Of a stretch of DNA of 64,000 nt, positions 39,237 to 50,496 are shown in pieces. The notes beneath the pieces were generated by a model. That model made no database searches. It was not told where the DNA came from and saw only the letters and a list, made by a program, of their open reading frames with translations. Source of the stretch: Takakia lepidozioides (Eukaryota; Plantae; Bryophyta); the NCBI GenBank assembly GCA_030704615.1, contig CM060734.1, positions 47,988,001 through 48,052,000 of the forward strand, written 5' to 3'. Each line of letters opens with the position of its first letter. Position 1 is the stretch's first letter. A program made the translations under genes and the position numbers.

Positions 39237-42200
39237 AAGTGTCAGGGTCCTCACTGACCACCTTCACTGGCTGATCACACACTGGTGGTAAGAAGGGTTT
39301 CAAGTCCCTCCTACTTCTTGTCCATTCCTTGTTTGCCCCATCTCTTAGCCTGCATCTGCGTGCAGCTTCCCCTATCCTTGTGGTGTTTCCTGCATCTTTG
39401 TACCCCAAAAAGTCATAAGGTCCCTCCCATGGAGATGTCATGGAAGATCTCTTTCCAGGCCTCAACATCATAACCTTGCTGTTTTCCATCAACTTGCAGT
39501 AGGTATGCCCAGTTTGATGCCTCCTTTCATAATCCCTTGCCTGCTGCCGCTGCCCTTTCTTCACCCTTTTTCGCAGCTTTGCCTTCATCTGTGTGAGAAG
39601 CTGGATTTTCTGCTGCATCATAAGTGTGACCTCTGCTACAGATCCATCAGAATTTACTGGTGTTGTAAGAAAATGCAACCTGTTGTCAATTCCCAGCCTT
39701 GGAATTCTACCAGTAAGTACCTGAAAAGGTGAGAATCCAGTGGAAGCATGGACACCCATTCTGTAACCAAACAGGGCCTTATAGAGATTCTGATCCCATT
39801 CAGTGTCGTTTCCAACTCCTAGGGTGGTGATGCTCTGTTTGAGAGACTTAATGACCCTTTCCACCATACCGTTACACTGAGGCCAGTAGGGGGCGCTATG
39901 CTCCCTCTTTATACCGTATTCGTGGCATGTAATTTCAAACTCACCTCCCCACTCTGTGCCATTGTCAGTGAGCAATGTATGTGGACAGCTATACCTGTCA
40001 ATTACTTCTTCCTCAAGAAAGCGGGCAGCAAGGGCTGCTGTATGATCTGCCACTGGTGCAGCTTCTATCCATTTTGAGAAGTGATCGATTGCCACAAAAA
40101 AATACTGATTGCCCCTGCTGGTTATAGGTAATGGTCCTGCCGTGTCAATTGCAACTCTGAAAAACAGATCTACTACTGGAATGCTGTGAAGTTTTGAGCT
40201 ACCTGAGCGCAACACTCCGTTCTGTTTGGCCATCTGACATTTACCACAGCCCTTGAGAACTTTCCTGATGAGTTTTGTTCTATCATGCCAGAAATAACGT
40301 CGGCATATCTCCTCTTGAGTTCTTCTGACTCCAAAGTGGCCAGTGGCTTCATGTACTTCAGTGATTATAGCCCCTCTGTCAGTTCTTGGTGGAACTACCC
40401 TTCCATCAAAGTAGACCTCTCCTTTGAGATAGGAGTACTGCCTTGCCCGCCTCTTGGCTCTCGTGCTCTCCTCTTTTGTCAGGTAGTCATTGACTTCTCC
40501 AAAACATAAGAGGTGCATGACTTCCACATCATCAAGCACATCAGGTTGCCTTTCCTCCTTAACAGCTGCTGTATGCCTGTCAGAGCTGATGAGAGAGCTT
40601 TTCCCCCATCTTTCAGCCTCACGTAATAATGACATCTGAGTAGCTTTGGTGGGTGCGGTCCATGGTACCCAGTCCCCTTCATCAATCTTGTTGCAAGAAG
40701 AAGTGTCTGGTTCTGAACCACTTGTTCCATTACTGTCTGAAGAACAAAACGTTTTAGTGGAACACTCACCCCCCAGGTTTTCCTTGGCTGGGCATTCTGA
40801 TGAGGAAGTCACCCGCGTTCTTCTTGTAGTTGGAGTGCTTGGCAAGTCTTGAAGGAATGGTGGCTCCCGCAAGCTTCCCTTTTCATTGTTCGACCTCTCT
40901 TCCACAAGTTCACAGGCTGGATGTACCTCGCTCAGCTCCTTGTCACGAGCACGAGATCCTCGAGTAATTACATGGATGGTGGGACAAGAGGGCATCAGAT
41001 GCTCCCCTTCCTCGTTGCTGATTGCAGTAGCCTCTTTCCTTCCTGCACCCTTATCCTTCCAAATACCCTCCCTTACCAGATTGACAGAGCGTGATTGATC
41101 AATACCCTTTCCTTGTTTTTTTGCAGCAAAAGTCTGTGCAGCAAAAGTCACCCTCTTTCCTTCTCCATCTGGCATTATGCCTGGTTTCAGTTCTCCCTTC
41201 AATATGCCATGATCCTTGGTCAACATTCTACCTGTGGAAGGTCTTACTATGCCCGGAACGAACTCAAATGAAAAGTCACCAAGTAAGTCTATGCCTATGT
41301 GGTGCTCTGAGTACAGCCACCAATATGGATCTAGATCTGTTTCCAAAGAAAAATGACTTCCCAACAGTATTTTCTTGAAGTGCCAAAGGCCCCATACACA
41401 TGCATAGTACTCTTCTCTTTTGCAAATCATCTCCCCTTTTTCACTGCTATACCCTACTTGCCTATGAGCTTCTTCTCTCAACTCCTCCTTACCCTCCTTA
41501 AATTGAAATAACGAAGCATTGATGGCACCCCTATCCCAAGCTAGCTTAAGAAGATAGGCTCCATCCCTCTTTCTCCCTTCTCTTTTCTGACTGTATAGAG
41601 AAGTAGAGTATACCTCGATTTCCTCGGTTTCCTCAGCTGGTCCCACTGGATACCTGCTTAGTGCATCTACGTTAGCATGCCTAGCACCTGCTCTGTGAAC
41701 AATTTTAAACTCAAAATCTTGTAACATCATGATCCATCTACCCCTGCGTCCATATGCGTCACTTACTGTTGCCAACCACTCCAGAGGTTTGTGATCAGTC
41801 CTGATTACAAAAGGGGTTCCATACAGGTACTGCCGAAAGTGTAATACTCCCCACACCAGGGCATAGCATTCACCTTCCATAGGGTGATATTTGCGCTGAG
41901 CATCAGATAGTACCTTACTAGCGTATGCAATGACCCTCTCCTTTTTATACTCCTTTTGTGACAAGACTGCTCCTACTCCTTTGATGGACCAGTCAACATC
42001 TAAGACGAACGGTCTTGAGAAATCTGGTCTTGCCAGGATGGGAGCAGTTACCAACTTCACCTGTAAGGCAGAAAAGGCGTTCTGTGCCTCTGCACTCCAG
42101 ATAAACTTCACATCCTTCTTGGTTAGAGTGAACAAGGGTACTGCCACTCCAGCATATCCCTTGACATAGGGCCTATAGTACCCTGTCATGCCTAAGTAGC

Positions 42201-45153
42201 TTTTGAGAGCAGTGTGGTTTTTGGGCAAGGGAAACCTTTCAATAGCTGCTATCTTATCTGGATCAGGCCACGTTCCCTCTTCAGAGATCACATGCCCAAG
42301 GAATACCAACTGTAAGTTGGCAAAGTAACACTTGTCTGGATTGAGCCTAAGATTGGCCTTTCTAACCTTGCTCAATACTCTCTTTATATGTCCCACGTGA
42401 TCTCCCCAGTCCTTGCTATGGATATTGACGTCATCTACAAACACCTTAGCGCAATCTTTGATTTCTTCCTTGAGCACTCTATTCATTGTTCTCTGAAAGG
42501 TAGCAGTGGCATTTTTTAGCCCGAATGGCATGACCAGCCATTCATACAATCCCTTCTTTGTGATCACCGCTGTTTTGCCTATGTCTCGGTCGTCCATTTT
42601 GATCTGCCAAAAACCAGATTGTAAATCCAGCGCAGAAAACCACTTGGCTTTCCCCAACTGGTTTAAAACATCCTGAATTAATGGCATAGGGTAAGAGTCC
42701 CTTCTGGTTAAACGGTTTACTGGCCTAAAATCACCACAAAACCGCTTGGATCCATCCTTTTTTGGTGGAAGGGTAACTGGACACGACCATTCTGAGCTAC
42801 TCTCTCTCATCTTGCCTTGTGAGATCAAAGTCTCAATTTGTCCTTGGACCTCGTCTTCCTCCCATTCTGATAGGCGGCTGGGACGACTTCTGCAAGGGGG
42901 AAAACCTTGTGTGTCAATTGTGTGTTCTACCTCACTGCAGTATCCCAAGTCAGCCTTGCTAAGAGCAAAGCATTCCTGGTTTGCTTTCAGCTCTTGCTCA
43001 AGCTCTATCCTATGTTCTGGGTCCAGTTCTGGGTTGATGTGCAGTCTGGATTTCAGACTTCTCCAACGACTCTCCATTTCTTCCTCTTGACTGGGTTCCC
43101 AATTCCTTCCCTCCACCTGGCTTACAGAGTTAGCCATTCTCTGACGTTCCTCTTCTGTGACAACCTGATTCCAATCATGGAAGTCATCCTCTATTTCTAG
43201 GTTGTTGTTCCCTAGTTCACCATTCCAAGCTTTCTGATAAGCTTCCTGTATTATGGCAGCAGCCATGCTCTTATGGGTCTCTTCCTGAAGGAGTTCAGAC
43301 ATCCCTTGGTCCTCGAACAAGTCCTCCCCTAGGTTGACATCGTCTATCATTTCCTCAACATCCCTCAGTGCTGTTTCTACCTCCTTACTCTCCTCAGAGC
43401 CTCCCATCTCCTCATCTTTATCAGATTTAGAGGTGTCAGAGCCTGAGGATGCTTCCTCCGTGTCCTCATATTCTTCCTCTGGTTTTCTTTTCTTCTCCCA
43501 CAAGCCTAGGTACTGTTCATCTGACGTCAGGGTTAGGACATTACCTGCTGACGTACTGCTTGCATATCTCATTCTACTCTCGACCCCTCTATGGTAGGCT
43601 GTTTTGGTAACTGCAGGCTCATTATAATTGATGGTGTGCAAAGGGAAGTGAGCAAAATCCTTTCCTGGCCCATAGCGTACGCGAATTGTTTCAGCTTCGG
43701 TGTCCACTACAGCGCCAAACTTTTTGAGAAAGTCCAATCCTAGCAGCATGTGATATGTATCCGTGTTTACCACCATAAAGGACAAACGATTGGTTAGTTC
43801 TCCTACTTTGACCTTGATGTCCTCAAGTCTGCCCATTGCAGTCTCAAGAGCACCTGAGGCTACTCTGTAATTCACATCCTTACTAGTAATGACAGATCCC
43901 ATCAAACCCAGATCCCTGACTGTACTAGCTGATATTACAGAAAGCATGGCACCAGTGTCAATCTGGCCTAATACTTGGTAATCTCCCATTGTAATCATTA
44001 CATGAAGCGCTTTAACCTTACCAGTATAAGCATACGAGATCGTGGGCTCAGCGTGTGCTGAGTACAAAGGCCTTGGTACATCCTTCACAACTTCTACACT
44101 GTGAGTTGTCTCCCTTTGTTGTACCATTGCTCTTTCCACCACTTTGACCAGCCCTTTCAATTTGTCTAGCTCTCCGGGCACAGTCATGATTAGGTCCATG
44201 GGCGACAACGATATTCTCCCTTTGTAGAAGTGGTTCAAGATTCTGGATTTCGTACCTCCTTCTATAGCATTCTTGAAATTGTTCTTTGGGTAGATTTCAC
44301 TCTTGGTCTTGCTTGGCTGTTCACTGCTCTCACTATTCCTTTCTGGTGACCCTGTAGGTTCAACAATCGGACTCTGGACAGGTATGCGTGTCCTTGGAAG
44401 TCTGACTTCATTGATACTATTTCGTGACATCAGATCTGTCATCTCTGCGAGTACATCATCCTCATCATCATAGAACACGTCTACAAAGTTAGTTCCCGGA
44501 GTTCCCATCATAGTTTGGTCGAGTTTTCTACTGCACTCACTCTCCGTATGCCCGAGTAGCTTGCAAAAGTTGCATCTCACACCACACATTTCCGTGGAAT
44601 GCCCGAACCGGTGACATTTGTCACACTTAGCTGGGGTTCTTCCTTCAGGACAATATGCAGCTATGTGACCTTCTTTGTGACAAACATTACAAAGGCGAAC
44701 ACGAGGTGGTGTTCTAGATCCCGAGCTTTCTCCTATGACTGGTCCCCTATCAAAGTACTTCTGTAGGGTAGTGTTCAGCTGATCAAGTCTTCTGTCCACA
44801 GGGTTGACAAACACAACTGACTCATCTGTATCATCTCCTTCCAATGGTTCTAGAGGTATTTCCCCTAACCTTCCCAGGCCCCTTTCAATCTCAATGGCTG
44901 TGTCAAGTGCTTCCTCTACATCAAGGAAGCGCCTGCCCAGCATTACTCTTGCTATTTCTGGTCTCAAACCTGCTGCAAATCTACGTCTCTGTTCCAAATC
45001 AGACGCCCCACTTCTTATAAATAACCGGTTCAACCTATCGAAGTATGTTTGAACCCTTTGTCTACTCTCCTGTTTAATGGTATCCATTCTTAGCCTAATT
45101 TCTGCCAAGTCAACGATACCAAACTTGGCTGAAATTGCTGCCCTGAAGTCCAC
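39235..45153 (-). CDS. Gag-Pol polyprotein (gag, 3 CCHC knuckles, protease, RT, RNase H, integrase); gag N-terminus extends to ~45350 across a frameshift at ~45240
   Basis: 1972-aa ORF: IDTGA protease, LDLQSGFWQ/VMPFGL/FVDD RT, DVDWS...TDHKPL RNase H, H..GHFG...C..C zinc domain and IDT..TDNG..GMVER integrase core. No chromodomain seen. Confidence 0.95.
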   Translation of the reverse strand: MDFRAAISAKFGIVDLAEIRLRMDTIKQESRQRVQTYFDRLNRLFIRSGASDLEQRRRFAAGLRPEIARVMLGRRFLDVEEALDTAIEIERGLGRLGEIPLEPLEGDDTDESVVFVNPVDRRLDQLNTTLQKYFDRGPVIGESSGSRTPPRVRLCNVCHKEGHIAAYCPEGRTPAKCDKCHRFGHSTEMCGVRCNFCKLLGHTESECSRKLDQTMMGTPGTNFVDVFYDDEDDVLAEMTDLMSRNSINEVRLPRTRIPVQSPIVEPTGSPERNSESSEQPSKTKSEIYPKNNFKNAIEGGTKSRILNHFYKGRISLSPMDLIMTVPGELDKLKGLVKVVERAMVQQRETTHSVEVVKDVPRPLYSAHAEPTISYAYTGKVKALHVMITMGDYQVLGQIDTGAMLSVISASTVRDLGLMGSVITSKDVNYRVASGALETAMGRLEDIKVKVGELTNRLSFMVVNTDTYHMLLGLDFLKKFGAVVDTEAETIRVRYGPGKDFAHFPLHTINYNEPAVTKTAYHRGVESRMRYASSTSAGNVLTLTSDEQYLGLWEKKRKPEEEYEDTEEASSGSDTSKSDKDEEMGGSEESKEVETALRDVEEMIDDVNLGEDLFEDQGMSELLQEETHKSMAAAIIQEAYQKAWNGELGNNNLEIEDDFHDWNQVVTEEERQRMANSVSQVEGRNWEPSQEEEMESRWRSLKSRLHINPELDPEHRIELEQELKANQECFALSKADLGYCSEVEHTIDTQGFPPCRSRPSRLSEWEEDEVQGQIETLISQGKMRESSSEWSCPVTLPPKKDGSKRFCGDFRPVNRLTRRDSYPMPLIQDVLNQLGKAKWFSALDLQSGFWQIKMDDRDIGKTAVITKKGLYEWLVMPFGLKNATATFQRTMNRVLKEEIKDCAKVFVDDVNIHSKDWGDHVGHIKRVLSKVRKANLRLNPDKCYFANLQLVFLGHVISEEGTWPDPDKIAAIERFPLPKNHTALKSYLGMTGYYRPYVKGYAGVAVPLFTLTKKDVKFIWSAEAQNAFSALQVKLVTAPILARPDFSRPFVLDVDWSIKGVGAVLSQKEYKKERVIAYASKVLSDAQRKYHPMEGECYALVWGVLHFRQYLYGTPFVIRTDHKPLEWLATVSDAYGRRGRWIMMLQDFEFKIVHRAGARHANVDALSRYPVGPAEETEEIEVYSTSLYSQKREGRKRDGAYLLKLAWDRGAINASLFQFKEGKEELREEAHRQVGYSSEKGEMICKREEYYACVWGLWHFKKILLGSHFSLETDLDPYWWLYSEHHIGIDLLGDFSFEFVPGIVRPSTGRMLTKDHGILKGELKPGIMPDGEGKRVTFAAQTFAAKKQGKGIDQSRSVNLVREGIWKDKGAGRKEATAISNEEGEHLMPSCPTIHVITRGSRARDKELSEVHPACELVEERSNNEKGSLREPPFLQDLPSTPTTRRTRVTSSSECPAKENLGGECSTKTFCSSDSNGTSGSEPDTSSCNKIDEGDWVPWTAPTKATQMSLLREAERWGKSSLISSDRHTAAVKEERQPDVLDDVEVMHLLCFGEVNDYLTKEESTRAKRRARQYSYLKGEVYFDGRVVPPRTDRGAIITEVHEATGHFGVRRTQEEICRRYFWHDRTKLIRKVLKGCGKCQMAKQNGVLRSGSSKLHSIPVVDLFFRVAIDTAGPLPITSRGNQYFFVAIDHFSKWIEAAPVADHTAALAARFLEEEVIDRYSCPHTLLTDNGTEWGGEFEITCHEYGIKREHSAPYWPQCNGMVERVIKSLKQSITTLGVGNDTEWDQNLYKALFGYRMGVHASTGFSPFQVLTGRIPRLGIDNRLHFLTTPVNSDGSVAEVTLMMQQKIQLLTQMKAKLRKRVKKGQRQQARDYERRHQTGHTYCKLMENSKVMMLRPGKRSSMTSPWEGPYDFLGYKDAGNTTRIGEAARRCRLRDGANKEWTRSRRDLKPFLPPVCDQPVKVVSEDPDT

Positions 45154-45791
45154 CCAGTTGTTTGGTCTAGGGTTTTGTTTACGGTACCATTCATCAGCCT
45201 TGGCTCTCAGGTTGAGCCTTGCTACCTTGAAAGTTTGTCCTCATTCAAATCCCTGACATCTGCCTCCATCTGAATTCTCTCCAGCCAGTCATTTACATCC
45301 TCACTATTCCTACCATGATAAGGCGCATCTATGCTGGTTGGACTGGTCATCCTTCTATTCTCTAATCAAAGTTCAAACTGTTTCAACACCTAATTCTGAC
45401 TCTAATTTTTCCGCAACTCCCTTAATGTTGACCTCTATACCACTCCCACTGTCCATTTCGCAACATCTCTACTCTACCTCCCCATGTCACCTCTCGTGCC
45501 ATGGTATTTATCTTCACCCACCTTCCTAACTCTCTTATCCAAAGTGCTATGGTTGTTCTTCCACCAGTATGAATCACTCTAAGACATAAATCACCATTAG
45601 CTATTCTCCAAGCAGGGTTGAAGAAGTACAAACAAGGGTCTGCGTGTGCATTTGGTGTGCGTCTGCTGAAGCAAATCAGCACATCTCCAATGCTTGGTTC
45701 ATCAGGAATCAGTGTGTGGTCTCTTCCTGCCATCAAACCATCCAATACCAGTCAAGATCCCTAGCTAGTAGAAATCAAGATTTAACAACGT

Positions 45792-45803
45792 GCTCTGATA
45801 CCA
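45792..45803 (-). promoter_or_regulatory. Primer binding site for tRNA-iMet
   Basis: tggtatcagagc on the minus strand, directly abutting the 5' repeat. Confidence 0.92.
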
Positions 45804-48001
45804 AAAGAAGGGGCGTGAATCCCCTTCTGTATAATTCCAATTGTGCTCCCCTCCATTTGATTGTTTGCGGAGTAAGAGGAAAGAAGCGTTCTTTCTAATC
45901 TGTCCAACTGTCGTCCCTTGGCTGTGGGTTTCCCTCAGCTCCTCCGTGATCAGAGTTCAATGCGATCCTCATCCACGCCGCAGCGGAAGGGAAGACATAG
46001 ATGAGGATGTCAGTTTGTTGTTCTCTCTTGGTTCTACCTTTCACCCAACATCCCCTATCAGCAGGTACAGCACCAGCTAGGCTGGTGCGATGTATTCAGT
46101 GATGCAAATCAGCCCAATTGGCAGCGGTAAACACGATCCTTTATGTGAAGCCCACTTGAGCAGTGACAGGTCGGAAATCCCCTTTTTGTAGTGGTGACAC
46201 AGATCTAGGAGGAGGCAGCTCAGATCTTCATGGTCTGCAGGGGCACTGGTTTCTTTCAGGTTTTCTTCATCTCATCTCCCCAAATTGGCCAAACCCCCCC
46301 CACCCAACAGCCCCTTAGAATCTGCAGCTCTCTCCTTGCCCAAATCCCATTTTCACTCTCCTCTCTCTCTCTCTTTCTTTTCCCTTTTTGTCTGTTTCGC
46401 TATCTGGTTTATGTCCCCAGGTTCCCCACTATTTCACAGCAGCAGATCTGTCATGTAATGTGAATGCACACGCTGCTAGGCATCCAGTGCAGCCAGCCTT
46501 GAGGTCATCCTTGGTCTCTCAAGACACAACCATCCCATCCATTTGTCTCTCTCTCTTTTTCTCTCTCTTGTCCCCCCTTTCAATGACCCATCGCTCAAAC
46601 AGCTCTCATCCTTTTTTTTGTCAGACTTCAACCCAAATACCCAACACCCCTCTTTTCCCTTCAACTGTGGAACGCAGTTGTTCAGATCCTGATCCCATAG
46701 TGAAATCACCTTATCCTTTCCATGTTTTTCTTTTTCCAACTCCAGCTAACTATCATTGATCTCTCTCAAACAAACAAGCAAGATCTACATTGGTTCCAGG
46801 TTATCACTACACCCGGCAGCATGGTGTCCAGGTTTATGATACTGAATCAAATGCAAGAATGAAGACAACAGTGACCATTCTGAATTCAGTGACGAGCAGG
46901 CTCTCTCTTTCTCTCTCTCTTCAGTTATTTCTCTCACTGTCATCACAGCATCAGGTGCATCCATCCTTTCCACGTTCTGGTCTGAAGTCCAGAGTCTCCA
47001 TTCCCATTTCAAAAACTTTTTCTTGTCACATCTCTACCTTCTTTCTTCTGCCAAGATGGCAGTCCTAAATCTACCAAAGCAAGTTCTAAGTCCTACCAAA
47101 AAGAAGCCACTGTTCATCGACTTATCTGTTTTTATCCACTAGTGAAGCGGCGGGTCTGCCTGTCAAGGTGGCACCTTGCCATCGCCCGTCAACAGCCACT
47201 TCAACCCATTCTCTTTGTCTTGATTCCAGACCTTATGACGCCATGATGGCTCCCCTTCTTCACTTGGACCATCCTGTGGCCTGTCAACCAGATTACACTA
47301 TGCAATTCTTCCTCTCGAATTGGCCCGGTCCTATAACAAGGAGACACAAAGCAGCTAGAAGCTTAATGACAGAGAACCTGAGATACCATGTAGCCAGAAC
47401 TCCACATGCTTTACCTCCCCCCCATTGATTGTGCCCAGACCCTCTTTCCTGTGCTTTCAGCAGCTGGCCTTTTCCTTGCTTGCTCACATGCCCATAACTA
47501 TCATCTTCAAGGCACTGGCGGCAGTGGTGGTGCGCCGCTTTCCTTAGATGCTTCTATCTCTTGGAATTGATCATTACTACGAGAGAGGCGGCACCGCTTC
47601 TTTCTACACAGAATACCAAGCAGAGGCCTCTTAATGCCGCTTCCTAAGCCAAGCAAGATCCCACCGCGCAGGTATACCTCCTAACACAGGCTGCCCTGCC
47701 GACACCACTGCTTGCTACAGCCGCTACGAGTCATCCGTCATCTTCCTCTTCGTTTCTCTCAACCCGTGATCTTTTAGGTCAAGAACCAGTGATGAAAAAC
47801 GTTCATCGCATGGATGAAAATGTGTACTGTCATGACTTAGCCATTTTCTCCTGGCAAAGCATAAGTTGAGTGTGCTCATGAAATTACCTATATGAAGGGA
47901 TACATCCTTTCTGCATTTTGGGATGACGGGCACTTCGTCATAGTGATGTAGGTCGTAATGGTATACATATGTAATGTTCTGTTCCCTGCATTCACACTAC
48001 A
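45804..48001 (-). repeat. 5' LTR (segment B only) of Gypsy element 1
   Basis: Starts TGTAGTGTG on the minus strand but ends ...ccccttcttt at the PBS, with no terminal CA. Confidence 0.95.
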
Positions 48002-48679
48002 GTGTAGGATGGACCTGGACCTTTTTCTTGGCACACTGCAAATGCTCACCATGATTGAGGTTTTTCCAACTCTCATCTTCAGTACTTTGAACTTCTACAC
48101 AAAATGTCCTTCAGCCCCTAAAGGGCATGAGATCGTGTCACCCGGTCTTCCAGATTGCCCAGATGCTACATTGTGCGGTCTTGGGTTTTACCACAGCTCC
48201 GAGGAAGAGAGAGAGATGAAGGGACTTGCTAAACACAGAACTCTTGTATCTTTGGGTATCAACATGTACAAAGACACAAGACATTGTTGATATTGGTCCA
48301 CAGGCCAAAATGGAGGATGGCTTGATGGCACTGAAATCTATTCCGAGTGATTATTCTAAGCAAATGGAGAAGGCCCGTGAGAAGGAGAGGCGTCTGGGAA
48401 TACGGGCTGAGAATATTGAGGCACTTCACCAAGAGCAAGAGAATCGTCGCATCAAGAGCCTTGAGCGTGCCAAAGTGAGCTCCCATCGATCTCTACCCTT
48501 ATGCCTGCAGATTTCATTCATATCATCCACCTGTCCGTCTATTGTGGCCCATGGGTTCCAAGCATAGATAATAAGTCTACTTCTTTCTACTTCTCTAGAA
48601 GCTCTTCAACTTCTTTCGCCTTTGGAAAGTTTATTTTCTTTGTTAAATTCATTTTTTTCTCTCTTTTTTTCTCTCTTCA

Positions 48680-49475
48680 AACTGAGGCCCTCTTCCGGCT
48701 TACAATTTTCCTGGTTACAAGCCCTTCCCCCCAAGGGGCTGGTGGCCAGGGCCCTCACAATATCTATGAGACTAAAAAATGCAGGCTTCAAACAATCTTG
48801 GTATGCTCGTGTGGATACCTTTTTTGAACGCCATGGACTTTCTATTGCTTCACTTTGCCAGTGAACCCAGAAGGGGTGATCATCACATCCAAGCATGACC
48901 GCAACCAATTCATCATAAAGGAGCTCATGGAGCTACATGTCAGGAGAACTTGGAAGTTACCCAACCTCACGACAAAGCTCCATTTCTATCGAGAAACATT
49001 CCTGGTTCTCCGGGATGATAGAATCTTGCGGCCCAGTTACCTTTCGGCCTCTTTGTCTCCTTCTCTCCTGAGGGCTTTAGGGCGGTTCAGGGTGGGCTCC
49101 CACAACCTACGGATAGAGATTGGCAGATGGGAAAACCTGCAGCGGGAGGACCGCCTCTGTCCAGCTTGCACAGGGCACAACCAGGAAATTGGAACTGAAG
49201 AAAACTTCTTCTTCTATTGCCCTCTATACCATGAGATCCGTGGGAGATTCCATTGTCTATTCCGTGGAACCCAATCTCTCACTGAGGTCTTTCATCATGA
49301 AGATCAGAAATGCTTGGCAGCCTACTTGCACGAGGCATTCACCCTTAGACAATCACTAGAACAATAGTTCTCATCTCTCTGTTTTCCTGTTTTCCCTCAT
49401 GTTTTTCTTTCCATTTTGTCCCATAAGCTCTATGAGCTTTCCGCGGACGTTATAAAGCACCATTTCATTTCTTTT
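48680..49475 (+). mobile_element. 5'-truncated LINE (ORF2 C-terminal Cys/His region plus 3' UTR, (CATTT)n tail)
   Basis: LGRFRVGSHNLRIEIGRW...RLCPAC...TEENFFFYCPLY..IR. Two shorter copies occur in the window. Confidence 0.85.
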
Positions 49476-50329
49476 TTTGTGAGGAAAATACAGAATACCT
49501 CCAACAAACCTTGTGAACCCAAACTTTGACCACAGCGTAGACAAAGAAATACCAACCCAAACTCTCTCTTCAGTCAGTGTACAAAAAGAATCTGTCTCCT
49601 TTCCAGCCACATTTTGAGAGTAGCCCAAGGTTGGCGTTGTGTTCTGTTTCATTCAAGCCTTTATATGTGACCATTCAATGTAATTGTGATGGCTGGTAGG
49701 CCCCAATATTCAAAAGGAAAGGAAAGCCACCCATGACTCGATGAAAGAGAAAGAAGGCAAATAAGCTGACAGCATCTGGGGTCGATGAAGATGCAGAGCT
49801 TGCTGAATTCTTGGCATTTGACTACTAATTTTAGATGAGAGAAGCCATACACAGGACACTACCATGACATGTCTTAAAACGCTACTACCCCATTTGTAGA
49901 AGATTCATTAGCTGAACTGCAATTGATTGGTGTATCTTTTGTCTTTTGAAGCTTTTGTACAAGCATTCTCTTGTTAATCTTGTTGGAGTGAGATGTTAAT
50001 TTCTCACATTTCATGCACAAATGGAATTAATGCTAGTTTTCTCAGCTACTAGTGCTATAGTTGTGACCCTGATGTGAGCTTTAGTGACAGAAAACATGTA
50101 TCAAGTTATGTATTTTGGTGTTTTGAACATGGATGAACCAAAACAAACCTCTGCAATGGTCATTTGGTCTTTGTAAATGGTGTCTGTTGACAAGGGTGGA
50201 CATCATGTCTTCAGCACAAAGCAATGTGTTCACCTACTAAGAGGGGCCAATATAATATACCTTCCCCCCGCCCTTCATGATGTTGGGCATCAGGAAGGGT
50301 GGCTTGGATGGTGTTGGAAGTGTAAATCA

Positions 50330-50480
50330 TGGGTGTCTCTTGACCTGAAGGGCTACTGCCTTCCAGTAGGAAAAATGGACACCTTTTATGACACCAATTG
50401 GTGGATTGAACCGACAACCACTTCGGAGGTGGTCTGTATGATTGGTTGTTGGATTTATACAAGAGTGATACAACACCTTG
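50330..50480 (-). mobile_element. SINE family 2, diverged copy
   Basis: gggctactgccttccag...ggacacctt...ggattgaacc is shared with 52870-52940. Confidence 0.6.
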
Positions 50481-50496
50481 TAACCCATGGAGATCA

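Larger units (their letters stand above)
37006..48001 (-). mobile_element. Near-intact Ty3/Gypsy LTR retrotransposon (about 11 kb), recent insertion into a CFAP100 exon
   Basis: TG...CA termini, 4-bp TSD gtgt (37002-37005, 48002-48005), about 2.2-kb near-identical direct repeats, PBS, PPT, gag-pol ORF. Confidence 0.97.
25900..49828 (+). pseudogene. CFAP100: CFAP100/CCDC37-like (DUF4200) ciliary coiled-coil gene, disrupted; first exon tentative
   Basis: Exons encode KPFVMPSDETVF (27525-), FVAKKREIFFVQMSLDTKRAEIRKLEE (29021-29137), EIKKLNAE (33968-34128), FFEHPHQ, IEVANLALMQQSQD (~36300), KVLATYLKC|RMDLDLFLGTLQMLTMIE, EKAREKERR (48302-48474) and APIFKRKGKPPMTR*...AELAEFLAF. Lesions: two exonic insertions and an in-frame TGA at 49742. 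Confidence 0.8.
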
